Shown here piece after piece: positions 11,232-19,725 of a stretch of DNA of 64,000 nt. Origin of the DNA: Peptococcaceae bacterium (GTDB lineage Bacteria; Bacillota; Peptococcia; DRI-13; UBA5745); assembly GCA_034927285.1 (NCBI GenBank), contig JAYFQF010000005.1:40229-104228 (forward strand), read 5' to 3'. The position numbers and the translations under genes are program-made. The number at the start of each line of letters is the position of its first letter. The stretch's first letter is position 1. Under the pieces are notes generated by a model that saw nothing but the letters and a program-made list of their open reading frames with translations, ran no database searches and was not told where the DNA came from.

Positions 11232-12161
11232 TTACGGGAAGATAAAGCTGACGCTTACCTTCTCATATCGATGAGAGAGTTCTTCTTCTATATACGCAGC
11301 TTGCTGAAGCAATTCGGTTTTGTTAATGATCTCGGACAGGCTGTCCAGATGAACGGAAATGTTGAAGCTCATGCCTACCTTATGAATAAGGCAATTTTTT
11401 AATTCCGTATTCTTTGGCAGATGCTTCCGAACAACTTGCGTAATCGGCGCCTTTATCTCCTCTTTCGTAACGATTCCATTTGCCATCTCGACAAAGGCCT
11501 CCTGCAAGACCTTCACCGGTTCTTTTATCGAAAACGCCGCCAAGATGATGGTAATGAAGAAGTCCCCCGTATACAGCAGAAAGGAAAAAGAGCCGCTTCC
11601 GTTACTGTCTCCCGTACTGCCTCCACTGATAAAGGACATGATCAGGACGCCAAAGCCGATTCCTCCGGACATAAGACCGTCAATTAACGTGGCTTTCGCT
11701 TCCGCGGCCAGCATTGTGCTTGTATTGTTCGTACGCTTATTTTGCTTCCAATAAAAAAGGGACAAGGCGGCGCACAGAACGACCATGACGATTTCGTAAG
11801 GAATAACCGGACCATAATGCATGATCTCGCCGATTCCATACAGGAAGTAATCCATCGCCTTGGCCGTGACGATTACCGCAGCGTAAACGAGCAGGCCCAG
11901 GGTAAGAAGCGATTTCAGTATGGCGTAAAGGGGTTCCAGAAAAAAATATCCCCGGGGAAAAGACTTGCTCGTATTTTTACTTTTTTTCGAGATAATAGCG
12001 GCCGCAATCCCGGAAAAGACGGTCAGCAAGGTAAAGTACGCGTCGAGGAAAAGCGCCTCTATTTTTGTGATATGGTAAACCCAAATCCCCGCTCCGCCCA
12101 TCAGCATGTTGGAGATGATTCCAACAATTAAAGCTCTATGTTCGTATTTTTTTTGGTTCAT
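11232..12161 (-). CDS. divergent cation-diffusion-facilitator-like membrane transporter
   Basis: 309 aa with about 6 predicted TM helices and a C-terminal cytoplasmic domain. ALFLDAYFTLL and AKATLIDGLMSGG sit where CDF metal-site motifs occur, but the usual His residues are absent. The region is low in GC. Confidence 0.5.
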   Translation of the reverse strand: MNQKKYEHRALIVGIISNMLMGGAGIWVYHITKIEALFLDAYFTLLTVFSGIAAAIISKKSKNTSKSFPRGYFFLEPLYAILKSLLTLGLLVYAAVIVTAKAMDYFLYGIGEIMHYGPVIPYEIVMVVLCAALSLFYWKQNKRTNNTSTMLAAEAKATLIDGLMSGGIGFGVLIMSFISGGSTGDSNGSGSFSFLLYTGDFFITIILAAFSIKEPVKVLQEAFVEMANGIVTKEEIKAPITQVVRKHLPKNTELKNCLIHKVGMSFNISVHLDSLSEIINKTELLQQAAYIEEELSHRYEKVSVSFIFP

Positions 12162-12221
12162 GCGAAGTCACCCATCGCTGCCGGTCCTCCATATTTGTTT
12201 TGACAATTCTTCAATCCGATG

Positions 12222-12248
12222 GTACACTTGTAATGTCAATACAAGTGT
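12222..12248. promoter_or_regulatory. candidate TetR operator (perfect 10-bp inverted repeat) in the divergent promoter region
   Basis: TACACTTGTA-atgtcaa-TACAAGTGTA. It overlaps a plus-strand TTGACA (12198-12203) / TGgTACACT promoter. Confidence 0.6.
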
Positions 12249-12312
12249 ATTCTGCCGAAGACGCTTTGTCAACACATCCCCAATCGGAGTGAACAAACCA
12301 GGAGGAATTGTA

Positions 12313-12882
12313 ATGGCGGAAATGAACTCAGAAATGAAAAAGCGGGAAATTCTTCGCTTATCGAATAAAGAATCAAATAAACTAACAAGAGAATGCATCG
12401 AGGCCGCGTTGATTTTGTTAATGGCCGAAAAGGACTACTCGAAAATAACGATCTCTGAAATTGTAAAGCGGGCCGGTGTTTCAAGAACAGCATATTACCG
12501 CAATTATGAATCCAAGGACGACATATTAAATACTTTACTCCGTTTTCTGATCGCCGATATTATTAAAGCGATGACCCAATTCTCCTATGTCACGGAACAG
12601 AAAATGTACTGGAAAACCTTATTTGTTACGATAAAAGCTCACGCCGGATCTTTCTGCGTTCTGTTAAAAGCAGGTTTTGGGCAGATCATCCTGGAAGAGA
12701 TCACAAGGCAAATGACGGCCGGGATCAAGGAAGAAAATACGAAAGACCGATACGACATGATTTTTTGGAGCGGTGCTGTTTGTAACGTACTGACAAATTG
12801 GATTCAGGACGGGATGAAGCAGACGGAAGAGGAAATGGTAGAAATCTGTTTATATGTCACCGGTTATTTTGATCATGCCTGA
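12313..12882 (+). CDS. TetR/AcrR family transcriptional regulator
   Basis: ATG at 12313 after GGAGGAATTGTA. ITISEIVKRAGVSRTAYYRNYESKDDIL is a TetR HTH signature. Confidence 0.88.
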   Translation: MAEMNSEMKKREILRLSNKESNKLTRECIEAALILLMAEKDYSKITISEIVKRAGVSRTAYYRNYESKDDILNTLLRFLIADIIKAMTQFSYVTEQKMYWKTLFVTIKAHAGSFCVLLKAGFGQIILEEITRQMTAGIKEENTKDRYDMIFWSGAVCNVLTNWIQDGMKQTEEEMVEICLYVTGYFDHA

Positions 12883-13100
12883 TCAATAATCAGAAAGTCC
12901 GAACCCCCGATAACCTTCGACATCTGAGAAATCGCGGCGAAATGCCGGCTTTTGGCGTGGGCCGCTTTTCCAATAAATAAAAAGGACCATCAGGAATGAT
13001 ACGGTCTTCATCTTGATTATTGCCTGGGGAAAACCCTCGCTTGCGATTTCCGGCCTTTACGGTATACAGGAAACAGAGCGCTTTTTTCGGAGGCAGCACC

Positions 13101-13433
13101 ATGAAGGATTTCCGTTACTGCAAAATTGAAATCTTTATCCCGGAGACTCACCTTTCCAAGTTGCGGGAGGCCCTGCAAAGCGTTGACGCGGGACGCATCG
13201 GAAACTACGACAGCTGCCTGTCGTACAGCCAGGTCACGGGCTGCTGGCGGCCGCTGGCCGGGAGCAAACCCTTCATTGGAGCTGAAAATACCGTCAGCTC
13301 GGAACCGGAGCTGAAAGTGGAAGTTACCTGCCTGCGTGAAAAGGCAGAGATCACCGTCGACGCTGTCAGGCAGGTGCATCCCTATGAAACGCCGGTCATC
13401 AACGTGATTCCGCTGTACCGGACAAGCTTCTGA
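13101..13433 (+). CDS. small YqfO / Nif3-insert-domain-like protein (function unknown)
   Basis: MKDFRYCKIEIFIPETHLSKLREAL..GRIGNYD..PLAGSKPFIG..HPYETPV matches the conserved ~100-aa family related to the inserted domain of Nif3/YqfO. The RBS is GGAGGC. Confidence 0.6.
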   Translation: MKDFRYCKIEIFIPETHLSKLREALQSVDAGRIGNYDSCLSYSQVTGCWRPLAGSKPFIGAENTVSSEPELKVEVTCLREKAEITVDAVRQVHPYETPVINVIPLYRTSF

Positions 13434-13440
13434 GGCTCAT

Positions 13441-14226
13441 TCATCCGGTCCGGCCGAAAACCCAGGTGCTGATCACGGCGCAGAATTCCCGGAGGCAGTA
13501 GTTGGGCAGCAAGCCGGGCAGGGAAGGAGCAGGCAGTCCCGATACGTCGCTGTAACCCAGGCCGCGGGCCAGCGCCTGGGCCCGGTACAGGTGGAAGTCC
13601 GAGGAGACAATCACCACCTGGGAGCCCGGTGGGATCAACGCCTGGGAAAAGCGCAGATTTTCTTCCGTACTGGTGGACTGCTCCTCCAAAAGGATCCGCT
13701 CCGGTCCGATTCCCCAGGCCTGAAGCCCCTGGGCCATGGCCCGGGCCTCGGAGATGTCCTCGTCCTGGCCCTGCCCGCCGCTGACTACGGCCAGGGTTTT
13801 CTGATCTTCCTGCAGATACAGGGCGGCGCTGTCGATCCGTTGCTGCAGAGTTTTGGAAGGGATCTGTCCATTGACCTTGGCGCCCAAAACGATAAGGTAA
13901 TCCGCCCCCGGAGCCGCCTGGCCCAGGGCGGCGGCGATAATCAGACCCTCCACCCAGATAAAAGCCGCCAGACCGATCACAGCCGCAGCCGCCAACAGGT
14001 ATTTCCCCCTTCGGGGCAAAGCGGCCAGGGCGGGCCAGGCAGCGCTCAAGCCGAAAAAGGCCAGGCCCAAAATCAGCCAAATATAAATAAACGTATTGCC
14101 GGAGGCAAGATAAAGAGAAAGCCCCAGAAAATACAGCAAACATGCGACCCCAACCAACCCAAGGCCCCGCCGGACCAGGACGGTGCCCGAAGAGGCTACG
14201 GAGCGTTTTTTCTTTTCTTCGTTCAT
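13441..14226 (-). CDS. membrane-anchored YdcF/DUF218 family protein
   Basis: ORF trimmed to MNEEKKKRS at 14226. It has N-terminal TM segments followed by ADYLIVLGAKVNG...STSTEENLRFS...IVSSDFHLYRA, typical of DUF218. Confidence 0.8.
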   Translation of the reverse strand: MNEEKKKRSVASSGTVLVRRGLGLVGVACLLYFLGLSLYLASGNTFIYIWLILGLAFFGLSAAWPALAALPRRGKYLLAAAAVIGLAAFIWVEGLIIAAALGQAAPGADYLIVLGAKVNGQIPSKTLQQRIDSAALYLQEDQKTLAVVSGGQGQDEDISEARAMAQGLQAWGIGPERILLEEQSTSTEENLRFSQALIPPGSQVVIVSSDFHLYRAQALARGLGYSDVSGLPAPSLPGLLPNYCLREFCAVISTWVFGRTG

Positions 14227-14417
14227 TCTTTTCCGACCTTTCCCCCTTATCCGGGGTCCATTCTCAAATTCTTCCGTTCTGTTTCTTATTCTCCCCGGCT
14301 GTTTTTCGTGTCCTTCCGGCCTGTTGGTTTTCACCGGCCGGCGGCAGGTTTTACCGTCCGGGTTTGTTCCGGCAAAAAAACGCTGCCGGAGAAAGGAGCT
14401 TCCCTTTGCGTACAAAA

Positions 14418-15059
14418 ATGCCGAAAATGCCGGCTGAGCTTTTTGCCGCCGGCGATCCGGAACTCCTGCTGGCCGAAGCCCGGCAGGATGAGCGGGACAT
14501 CGAGTTCTGTCAGATCAAAGACGCCGTCCTGACCGGTGCGGATTTAACCGGTCTAAATTTTCACAGCGTGTTGTTGGAAAACTGCCGGTTCCCGAACTGC
14601 CGGGCAGAGCGCTCCGCCTTTGTGGACGTGATCTTTCGCCGCTGCGACCTGTCCAACGCCAATTTCAGCCAGAGCTACTTCAACCGCTGTGAATTCCATT
14701 CCTGCAAGGCCCTGGGAACAAATTTTTACCATAGCGGGCTCAAGCAAATGACGGTACAGGAGTCCAACTGCCAATATGCAAATTTTGACGAAAGCAAGCT
14801 GGAATACATCGAGATCCAGGGAAGTGATTTTTCCGGCGCTATCCTGGGAAATTGCCGGCTAACGGAGTTTACCGTACAGCAAACCCGGCTGGAGGGCGCC
14901 GTATTTGTTAAAACCTCATTGAAGGACGTGGACCTGAGCGACGATCAGATCGAAGGGATTACGGTATCCGACAACTGCTGGGAGCTGCGGGGCGTTACGG
15001 TTTCTCCCTGGCAGGCTATCGACCTGGCCCGGCTCTTTGGGTTGACGGTTAAAAACTGA
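14418..15059 (+). CDS. pentapeptide-repeat protein, Qnr/EfsQnr-like size and architecture (213 aa)
   Basis: Trimmed to MPKMPAELF at 14418. Tandem A(D/N)LXX-type repeats run throughout (ADLTGLNFHSVLLENCRF..., CDLSNANFSQSYFNRCEF...). The C-terminus, RGVTVSPWQAIDLARLFGLTV, resembles the Qnr-family dimerisation tail. Confidence 0.8.
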   Translation: MPKMPAELFAAGDPELLLAEARQDERDIEFCQIKDAVLTGADLTGLNFHSVLLENCRFPNCRAERSAFVDVIFRRCDLSNANFSQSYFNRCEFHSCKALGTNFYHSGLKQMTVQESNCQYANFDESKLEYIEIQGSDFSGAILGNCRLTEFTVQQTRLEGAVFVKTSLKDVDLSDDQIEGITVSDNCWELRGVTVSPWQAIDLARLFGLTVKN

Positions 15060-15165
15060 TCTTAGTCCGGCCCAAGTCTGGCGCCGCAGTATCGGCGCCA
15101 ACGCCAGCCGGGCATGGTTATGACGGTATCCGATCCTGAATCGTCGGACACTCCGGCTTCAGCAT

Positions 15166-15215
15166 CACCATTACCATCACCATTACCATTATTATCACCA
15201 TCATTATCGCCGCTC
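15166..15215. repeat. imperfect caccattac/catcat microsatellite
   Basis: catcaccattaccatcaccattaccattattatcaccatcattatcgcc. No frame gives a convincing ORF. Confidence 0.7.
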
Positions 15216-15242
15216 CCGGCTCCTCATGGCTGATGACCTATG

Positions 15243-15459
15243 TTTACCGGAAAATCCCTTTGTTTTTAAAGCGAATCCCGGTAAATTTCTCCCAAAGCAC
15301 TGATTTTGCCTTGACGGCAAGGGTAAGCCATAGCGTTAAGGCAAAATGGCGAGCCTTTTTCCTTTGATGGTGGAAAAAGTGAAGCAGCATCCTCCTCCCG
15401 GAGACTGTCGGGAACTTTTACCGGGATTTTCAGAAAAAACATGACGAAATCCCGGTAAA
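15243..15459. other. cluster of three strong inverted repeats, two of them built from the motif AAATCCCGGTAAA
   Basis: H1 is TTTACCGG (15243-15250) paired with CCGGTAAA (15278-15285). H2 is ATTTTGCCTT (15303-15312) paired with AAGGCAAAAT (15338-15347), with an alternative inner CCTTG/CAAGG stem. H3 is TTTACCGGGATTT (15417-15429) paired with AAATCCCGGTAAA (15447-15459), a perfect 13 bp. Confidence 0.7.
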
Positions 15460-15667
15460 CATCGCCGGAGGCCGCCGTCCTTAGCTCCTCTGGGGTCGCT
15501 TTACGGCCAAAAGCAGCCCCAAGTCCCGGCTTTTTTACCGCCCAGGGGATGCTCCAAGCAGAAAAAACGGCTTTTTGCCCTTCAATGGACAGGATAAGCA
15601 ACCCCTTGCCGGAGGCTTTTGCCTCCCCGTGGGGACTGCTCTACGAGAAAACGATTGATCTTGTACG

Positions 15668-15788
15668 GATCTTGATCTCAACGCATCCGGCTCTTGATTT
15701 CCTGCCAGCCGCGCGGCCCGCCACGGGCGGAGAATGATGATGAAATTCACGTTGCTCAGTTAATCATGAATCTTGAATCGGTTAACCC
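15668..15788. repeat. copy 3 of the dispersed ~101-bp-period intergenic repeat (B-A-b)
   Basis: 15668-15734 aligns with 62097-62163 at 52 of 67 positions by hand alignment. It includes the identical block cctgccag..gcccgccacgggcgg. A 33-nt A-like module and a restart of B (gaatcttgaatcgg) follow. Confidence 0.75.
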
Positions 15789-15858
15789 ATTGGCCAACCA
15801 AATTGTTGAAGCTTATCATCTCATCTCCTTATAAAAGGCACTGCGCTATATCCTTATT

Positions 15859-15911
15859 AAAAAGGCTGCCGCTCTTTGGTTTTGTCAACCAATTTGCGAC
15901 AGCCCTTTTTT
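15859..15911. terminator. bidirectional terminator abutting the DHHW gene stop
   Basis: GGCTGCCGC ... GCGACAGCC stem (one mismatch) with an inner ttggtt/aaccaa stem. It is flanked by AAAAA and TTTTTT. Confidence 0.6.
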
Positions 15912-17562
15912 ATTGGCTGCCATAGCGGGACAAATAGCTGCCTACCTGGCTGATAGTACGGTCGCTGGCAAAGGTTTCGGCATTATAGAGAAAAAGCACC
16001 TGGTTGATCCGGTTTTCCTTCATGTAGGCAACAGGATCCTTATGCCAGTAACGCAGGTCCACCACATGGATTTCCTCAAAATAAGGGGTTAAAAAAGGGA
16101 TCAGGCAATGAGCATAGGAATCCTTGAAAACCAGCAGCCGCAGGCCCGGGTCTGGCGGCTCTTCCCGCAAAACATCATTGCCGGCAAAACCCCCTTCCGC
16201 AGGTTTTTGGTCCTGCTGCCCGGCGGGGCCGGCAGCGTTCTCCCCGGTCTGAAAGGCCTGGGCCGGCGCTCCGGCCTCCTCTGCTTTTCCTGTCCGGATC
16301 ACCGTCAGTGGTTTGTTTCCGTTCAGAAAATAAGCGTATTTATCCTTGCTCTCCAGATAAGCCGGACCATATAGGGAGTCGCCGGTTTCCTCGCTGCTGC
16401 CGTCATAATAGGTTACCTTAACTTTCGGCTCGCCCGCATCCAGTGTGTAAATCTCGATACTGTCAGGGTCGATGGCGGGCAAGCTGTTTTTTGACCAAAG
16501 GGTGCCGTAGAAGTCGCCGCTGACCCGCTCCTCAGTATAGGCGTCACGGGGATTGGGAGTAAGACCCAGCCATTCCAGATAAGCGGCGTAGCCCTGATAA
16601 GCCGCTGCCGTAACCCAATGATGGTCGGTTCGATAATAGACCTGGCGGCCGGAAGCGTTCATCTCCCTGAGGGCCGGCGTCACGTCAATATAAGCCTCCC
16701 CCAGGTCCGCCTTGGCCTGGGCCAGCAACTCCGCCTGATCGGGCAAATAGGCGTAAGCAGGCAGTTTATCCCGCAGGACCTCAGCCGCCGTAGGCACTAA
16801 AAGCAGAGCGGTTTGAAAAGGCTGCAGGCCTTCCAGGGATTCCGCGGAAGTCTTTAAGGAAGCGGCGTCCTTTTCCGCCGCCTTCCTGCCGTCCGCCAAG
16901 GGCCCGACAACGTTTTCTATTTCGGCGGTGCCCTTTTCCTGATCGGCTTTTTCGCCCTGGCGGCTACCGGCTGCGGCGGTCAAGGTATCCCCCAGCCTCT
17001 TCATCGCCTGGACGGCCGCCAGGTTTTTTTCCACAATGGCCTGATCCACCGGTTCCAGGGCGCCGATCAGATATCCCTGGGCGGCGTTATAAACCTTATT
17101 GTTTTCCTTCTGGAAAGCAGCCTTCTGGCACAGAGCCTTAAGGCTGACCCAGCGGTCCCGGGCCGGAAACTGGTCCATAATAAATTCCTCGATATCGGCC
17201 ATATACTCAGCGCTTTTTATGGCTTTCCACCGGGCCTGGGGCAACTGAGCCAAATAACGGTTTTCCTGGGCGGAAAACTCCCGGGGGGGCAGCAGGACAA
17301 AGGCGGCGGCCAGAATGAAGATAAAAGCGCAAAACACCAAGGCCATGGCCTTGCCGGCCACCGGGTCTTCCCTGGCGCTGACAGGGTCCGGATCCACAAG
17401 TGGCACATCCGGAGTCACGAACCCTGCTTGCAGATCCATAAGTCCTGCTTCCGGATCCACCAGTCCTGCCGGTTGACGGAATCCTGCCGCCTTCCCGGCC
17501 TGCCCAGCGTCCTTTTTCGTCTTGGGACCCGGGGAAACGCCTTTCCGCTTGTCTTTTTTCAT
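15910..17562 (-). CDS. DHHW family protein (AlgJ/AlgX-like extracytoplasmic acyltransferase/esterase partner)
   Basis: 550 aa with an AAGGAGG RBS. It has a TM anchor, the eponymous YYRTDHHW motif and a C-terminal FKDSYAH. The N-terminus and two internal segments are low-complexity. Confidence 0.8.
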   Translation of the reverse strand: MKKDKRKGVSPGPKTKKDAGQAGKAAGFRQPAGLVDPEAGLMDLQAGFVTPDVPLVDPDPVSAREDPVAGKAMALVFCAFIFILAAAFVLLPPREFSAQENRYLAQLPQARWKAIKSAEYMADIEEFIMDQFPARDRWVSLKALCQKAAFQKENNKVYNAAQGYLIGALEPVDQAIVEKNLAAVQAMKRLGDTLTAAAGSRQGEKADQEKGTAEIENVVGPLADGRKAAEKDAASLKTSAESLEGLQPFQTALLLVPTAAEVLRDKLPAYAYLPDQAELLAQAKADLGEAYIDVTPALREMNASGRQVYYRTDHHWVTAAAYQGYAAYLEWLGLTPNPRDAYTEERVSGDFYGTLWSKNSLPAIDPDSIEIYTLDAGEPKVKVTYYDGSSEETGDSLYGPAYLESKDKYAYFLNGNKPLTVIRTGKAEEAGAPAQAFQTGENAAGPAGQQDQKPAEGGFAGNDVLREEPPDPGLRLLVFKDSYAHCLIPFLTPYFEEIHVVDLRYWHKDPVAYMKENRINQVLFLYNAETFASDRTISQVGSYLSRYGSQ

Positions 17563-17642
17563 CTGCCGCCTCCTTTCTCACCTCCCGGGCAATGGCCGGG
17601 CCAGGGAATTTTTTCTCAGCTTTTCTTCAGTAAAGCTTTCCT

Positions 17643-19127
17643 TTAAAACCGGAAATATAAAAAGGGATTGTAACTGGAGTCTACCAGATAGGCGGTGGAC
17701 AAAAGCAGCGCCGCCAGCACCAGGACCGGTTTCAGCCAAAGGGTCAGCCGGGGGCGGCCTTCGGTCAGCCGGTTAAACAGCCGGGCCGGCCAGGGTGTGG
17801 CCGCCGCCAGGGCCAAGATCAGCATGACGCCGAAGGAACTCAGCAAATAGAGGATCCTGTCGTTGATCACTCCGCCGCCGATCCCCTGGCCGGCTAAAGC
17901 CAGCAGATAGCCGGTCAGTCCGGCCATATCCTCAAAAACAAAAATTGCCCAGCCTACCATGACTACTGAGACAGTATAAAACCAGCCCACAGCCCGGGGG
18001 GCCTTTTCCAGCAGCCGGCGCAAGCCGCTTTTTTCCAGAGCAAGAAACACAAAATAATACAAACCCCAGAACAGGAAATTCCAATTGGCTCCGTGCCAGA
18101 TGCCGGTGGCCATCCAGACTACCAGCAGATTGAAGGTGGTCCGGGCCAGTCCGCAGCGGCTGCCTCCCAAAGGAATATACAGATACTCCTTAAACCAGGT
18201 GCTTAAGCTGATATGCCAGCGACGCCAAAAGTCCGAGACGCTGCGGCTGATATAGGGATAGTCGAAGTTACGTTCAAACTCAAAACCCAGCATCCGCCCC
18301 AGGCCCACAGCCATGTCGGAGTAACCGGAAAAGTCGAAATACAACTGCAGGCCGAAGGCTACAATGCCGGCCCAGGCCGCCGTCAACGACATTTCCGCCG
18401 GCGTAAACGCCTTGATGCTGTCCCAGAACAATCCAATATTGTTGGCCAGAAGTACTTTTTTGGCCAGCCCCACGGCGAAGATGCCTACGCCGCTGCCGAA
18501 AGCCGCCAGAGATTCCCGCCGTTCATTGAGCTGCCGGGCCACGGTGTTATACCGGACGATGGGCCCGGCAATCAACTGGGGGAACATGGCCACATAAGTG
18601 CCGAAACTGATCAGGCTGTGCTGGACGGGGGCTTTTCCCCGGTAGACGTCGATGGTATAAGACATGGTCTGAAAGGTATAAAAGGAAATGCCCAGGGGCA
18701 GCGGCAGATCCGGCAGGCTTAAGCGCAGCCCCAAAAGACTGTTGATATTATCGGCAATAAAACCGCCATATTTGAAAAAGCCCAGAATGCCGATATTGAC
18801 CGCCACCGCCAGAGCCAGGATCAGCTTAGCCCGGAAGGCAGCAGCTTGCCCGCGGGGAGCAACTCCTCCACCGGAGGCGTGGCCGCCGTCAGCCTGTCCG
18901 CCGCCGGCTTCTCCCGGCGGACCCCAACGCTCCAGCATCAGCCCCGTGGCATAGCCGAAGACAATCGTAAACAGCATCAAAAAAATATAGATGGGCTCTC
19001 CCCAGGCATAGAAAATAAGGCTGGCAAAAAACAGCATCCTGTTTCGCCAGGCCTTAGGCAGAAGATAATACGCCAGCAGCACCGCCGGCAAATAGCAAAA
19101 AAGGAAAAGTAAGCTGGAAAAAACCAT
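17643..19127 (-). CDS. MBOAT family O-acyltransferase (AlgI/DltB/PatA-like)
   Basis: 494 aa, polytopic. FYTFQTMSYTIDVY, SDFWRRWHISLSTWFKEYLYIPLGG (catalytic His region) and GIWHGANW are present. Confidence 0.9.
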   Translation of the reverse strand: MVFSSLLFLFCYLPAVLLAYYLLPKAWRNRMLFFASLIFYAWGEPIYIFLMLFTIVFGYATGLMLERWGPPGEAGGGQADGGHASGGGVAPRGQAAAFRAKLILALAVAVNIGILGFFKYGGFIADNINSLLGLRLSLPDLPLPLGISFYTFQTMSYTIDVYRGKAPVQHSLISFGTYVAMFPQLIAGPIVRYNTVARQLNERRESLAAFGSGVGIFAVGLAKKVLLANNIGLFWDSIKAFTPAEMSLTAAWAGIVAFGLQLYFDFSGYSDMAVGLGRMLGFEFERNFDYPYISRSVSDFWRRWHISLSTWFKEYLYIPLGGSRCGLARTTFNLLVVWMATGIWHGANWNFLFWGLYYFVFLALEKSGLRRLLEKAPRAVGWFYTVSVVMVGWAIFVFEDMAGLTGYLLALAGQGIGGGVINDRILYLLSSFGVMLILALAAATPWPARLFNRLTEGRPRLTLWLKPVLVLAALLLSTAYLVDSSYNPFLYFRF

Positions 19128-19224
19128 GGCTGGATTTTCCTCCCTGAGGAGTTTATCCCTTGCGGGCGGCGGCAGGCCCTCTGCCGCTCTTTCTTTATAT
19201 CATAATGATCCGCAAGTTTAAAGC

Positions 19225-19725
19225 TTATTTAAAATAGCTTTCGAAATCTTCGGCGATGCCGTCGGCGTCTTTGGCTACGACATACAAAAGATAACGGCCT
19301 TTTTCAATCAGCTTGTAATTTTTTACAATCTCATACTGATCCGGCAGGTATTGGCTCCAGGTCTGCACATTGGTTTCCTGGCGGGCTTCCAGGCCGGCCT
19401 TCAGATCCGCCACGTCTTCCGGGGTTTTTGCTTTTACAATCACCAGATCGGCGGCTTTAACATTCATCATGGCCATATAGCCCACGGCCTCCTCATACTT
19501 TTCGCTGTCCAGGCCGAAAAAATCCTTCAGCCCGGTTTCGTCCAGCTGCATGGTGGCCACGTCAACTTTTTCCAATAAGGCGGCGCCCATCTCGCCGGCT
19601 GAGGCGGAAGCCACAGGTTCCTCATCGGCGCCGGCTGCGCCGGAATTTCCGCCGCAGCCGGCGGCAAGTCCCAGGGTAAGGATCAGAACCGCCGTCAGGG
19701 CAGTCAATAAAATTCTTTTTTTCAT
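19225..19725 (-). CDS. DUF4358-like lipoprotein
   Basis: MKKRILLTALTAVLILTLGLAAGCGG carries a lipobox. The alternative upstream ATG at 19749 lacks an RBS. This family typically accompanies MBOAT + DHHW in Clostridia. Confidence 0.65.
   Translation of the reverse strand: MKKRILLTALTAVLILTLGLAAGCGGNSGAAGADEEPVASASAGEMGAALLEKVDVATMQLDETGLKDFFGLDSEKYEEAVGYMAMMNVKAADLVIVKAKTPEDVADLKAGLEARQETNVQTWSQYLPDQYEIVKNYKLIEKGRYLLYVVAKDADGIAEDFESYFK

Noticed and set aside
15114-15233. Microsatellite region read as a His/Tyr-rich or Pro/Ser/Leu-rich micro-peptide (for example the 39-aa MVMTVSDPESSDTPASASPLPSPLPLLSPSLSPLPAPHG).
   Set aside because: The His/Tyr frame has an upstream stop and no start codon. 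The 39-aa frame has no RBS, and its composition simply mirrors the DNA repeat.
15266-15601. 111-aa minus-strand ORF as a real gene.
   Set aside because: - It is threaded by three perfect or near-perfect inverted repeats that reuse one 13-nt motif.
- It has no RBS.
- I recognise no family.
- Its frame continues past two in-frame stops.
I treat it as non-coding or decayed sequence. BLASTP could overturn this.
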